Shown: one piece after another, positions 62,526-64,000 of the stretch
Position numbering within the stretch: position 1 is the first letter of the stretch
Layout: each line of letters starts with the position of its first letter
DNA from: Lama guanicoe
Lineage: Eukaryota
DNA length: 64,000 nt
NCBI GenBank assembly: GCA_013239625.1
Contig: MU054323.1
Location: forward strand, 7,119,220-7,183,219
Reading direction: 5' to 3'
Program-made: the position numbers and the translations under genes
The notes under the pieces: model-generated
The model's database searches: none
Told to the model about the DNA's origin: nothing
What the model saw: only the letters and a program-made list of their open reading frames with translations

Positions 62526-62796
62526 GCCTGTTGGGTCTCTCTGCTCTAGGGCTCACAGAATTCCCTGGGTTCTTTGTTTCTATATTATGTTCCACATGTG
62601 ATCTGTTCTGTTTCTGAGAAAGTCTCTCTCTTCACCTTAACTCAGCTTCTCTACTGACAAAACACACAGAATGTAGTGACTTATATTCCACCCTCATCAG
62701 GCAGATACAGGCAGCAGGATGGAACTCAGTCCTGGGCTCCCGCAGTGTGTCCTCAGCCTTGAATTGGTATTGTTTCTCATTTATGCCTTCTAATAC

Positions 62797-62829
62797 AAAT
62801 ACACACACATACACACACATACACACACA
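62797..62829. repeat. (CA)n/(TACACA) microsatellite in POMC intron 2
   Basis: Seen directly. Confidence 0.85.
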
Positions 62830-63300
62830 GTGGTGACTGGGAGGGAGTTCCAGACTGGCACAAGGGCCTTTATATGCTTCTGGAAAGGCTGCAGAAGGTC
62901 AGTCCTCCAAAAGAAGCATGAGACATTGGGCACCAGTCAGAGGAAAGTGGCACCTGGGTTTTTCCTTCTCCCTCTAGAGAGGGTTTTTGGTGCTACCTAG
63001 CTGGCTTTGTAACTGGTAGGAGGGAGAAAGGGAAGAAAAAATGGAATGGATATGGCAAGTGATATGAAGTTTTTTTAAAACAAATAATATGGGGGTGAAA
63101 AGATTGAAAATGTAGGATCAATTGAGAGAGAAATTATTAGTGTTGTTTATTTTAATAGGATTATCTCTAAATAGGTTAAATGGAGTGGGTCTCTATACAA
63201 GAAGACAGGGCAGGAAGTAAAGATAATCAAGCAGAAATTGAGGTCCAGACCCATCTCCCTGAAGCTGCTTCCTCTCTTCCTCAGCCCAATTCTGAATTCA

Positions 63301-63666
<366 letters not shown>

Positions 63667-64000
63667 TCATCAGGAAGGACCCTGAGCCAACATTAACAAT
63701 ACACTCACTTGTGGAGCTCAAGGGTTTTTGAGGACAAGAGCAGCTCAGGGAGCAGGTTGGTGTGCAGGGTGGTTGTGTGACTTGTGGTAGAGAGGAGGGC
63801 AGTGGGACCTGGGTAAATTATGTCCAATTTCCCCCTTTATCACCTATGAAAAATCAGACCCCAAAGGATATTAGGGCTGAAGACTATTTTAGGAGTCATT
63901 TGCTCTGGCCGCCTAATTGAGAAATGAGGAAACTGAGGCCCAGAGAGAGACAATGACTTGGGTGTTTATGATGAGGTAGGCTAAGTTCTCCTGTTACCAG

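Overview
This is mammalian genomic DNA, most likely from a camelid. The evidence is eight copies of a tRNA-Ala-derived SINE resembling the camelid Vic-1 type, plus a Gly2/Gln8 beta-MSH. Two convergent genes fill the window. EFR3B (+) is present as exons 2-23 (11469-55077). All junctions are GT-AG and phase-consistent, and with the 7 coding nt of exon 1 (upstream of the window) they give an intact 817-aa protein. Its ~3.5 kb 3'UTR ends near an AATAAA at 58526. POMC (-) is present as exons 2 and 3 and encodes a complete 271-aa precursor, with its polyA signal at 60418; exon 1 and the promoter lie beyond the window end. Introns hold ordinary L1, L2, MIR, MaLR, ERV1-LTR and hAT fragments and microsatellites. 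I find no new gene system. The most unusual signal is in POMC: both dibasic convertase sites C-terminal to gamma-MSH are lost (RR->NR and KR->KG) around a pure (GGC)13 poly-Gly tract, which predicts a fused gamma-MSH/joining-peptide product. There are also substitutions in beta-MSH (Gln8), ACTH (Val27) and beta-endorphin (Met23). Secondary signals are a SINE dimer inside one target-site duplication and an inverted SINE pair tightly flanking EFR3B exons 18-19. All comparisons to other species and all repeat family names come from memory and were not searched.
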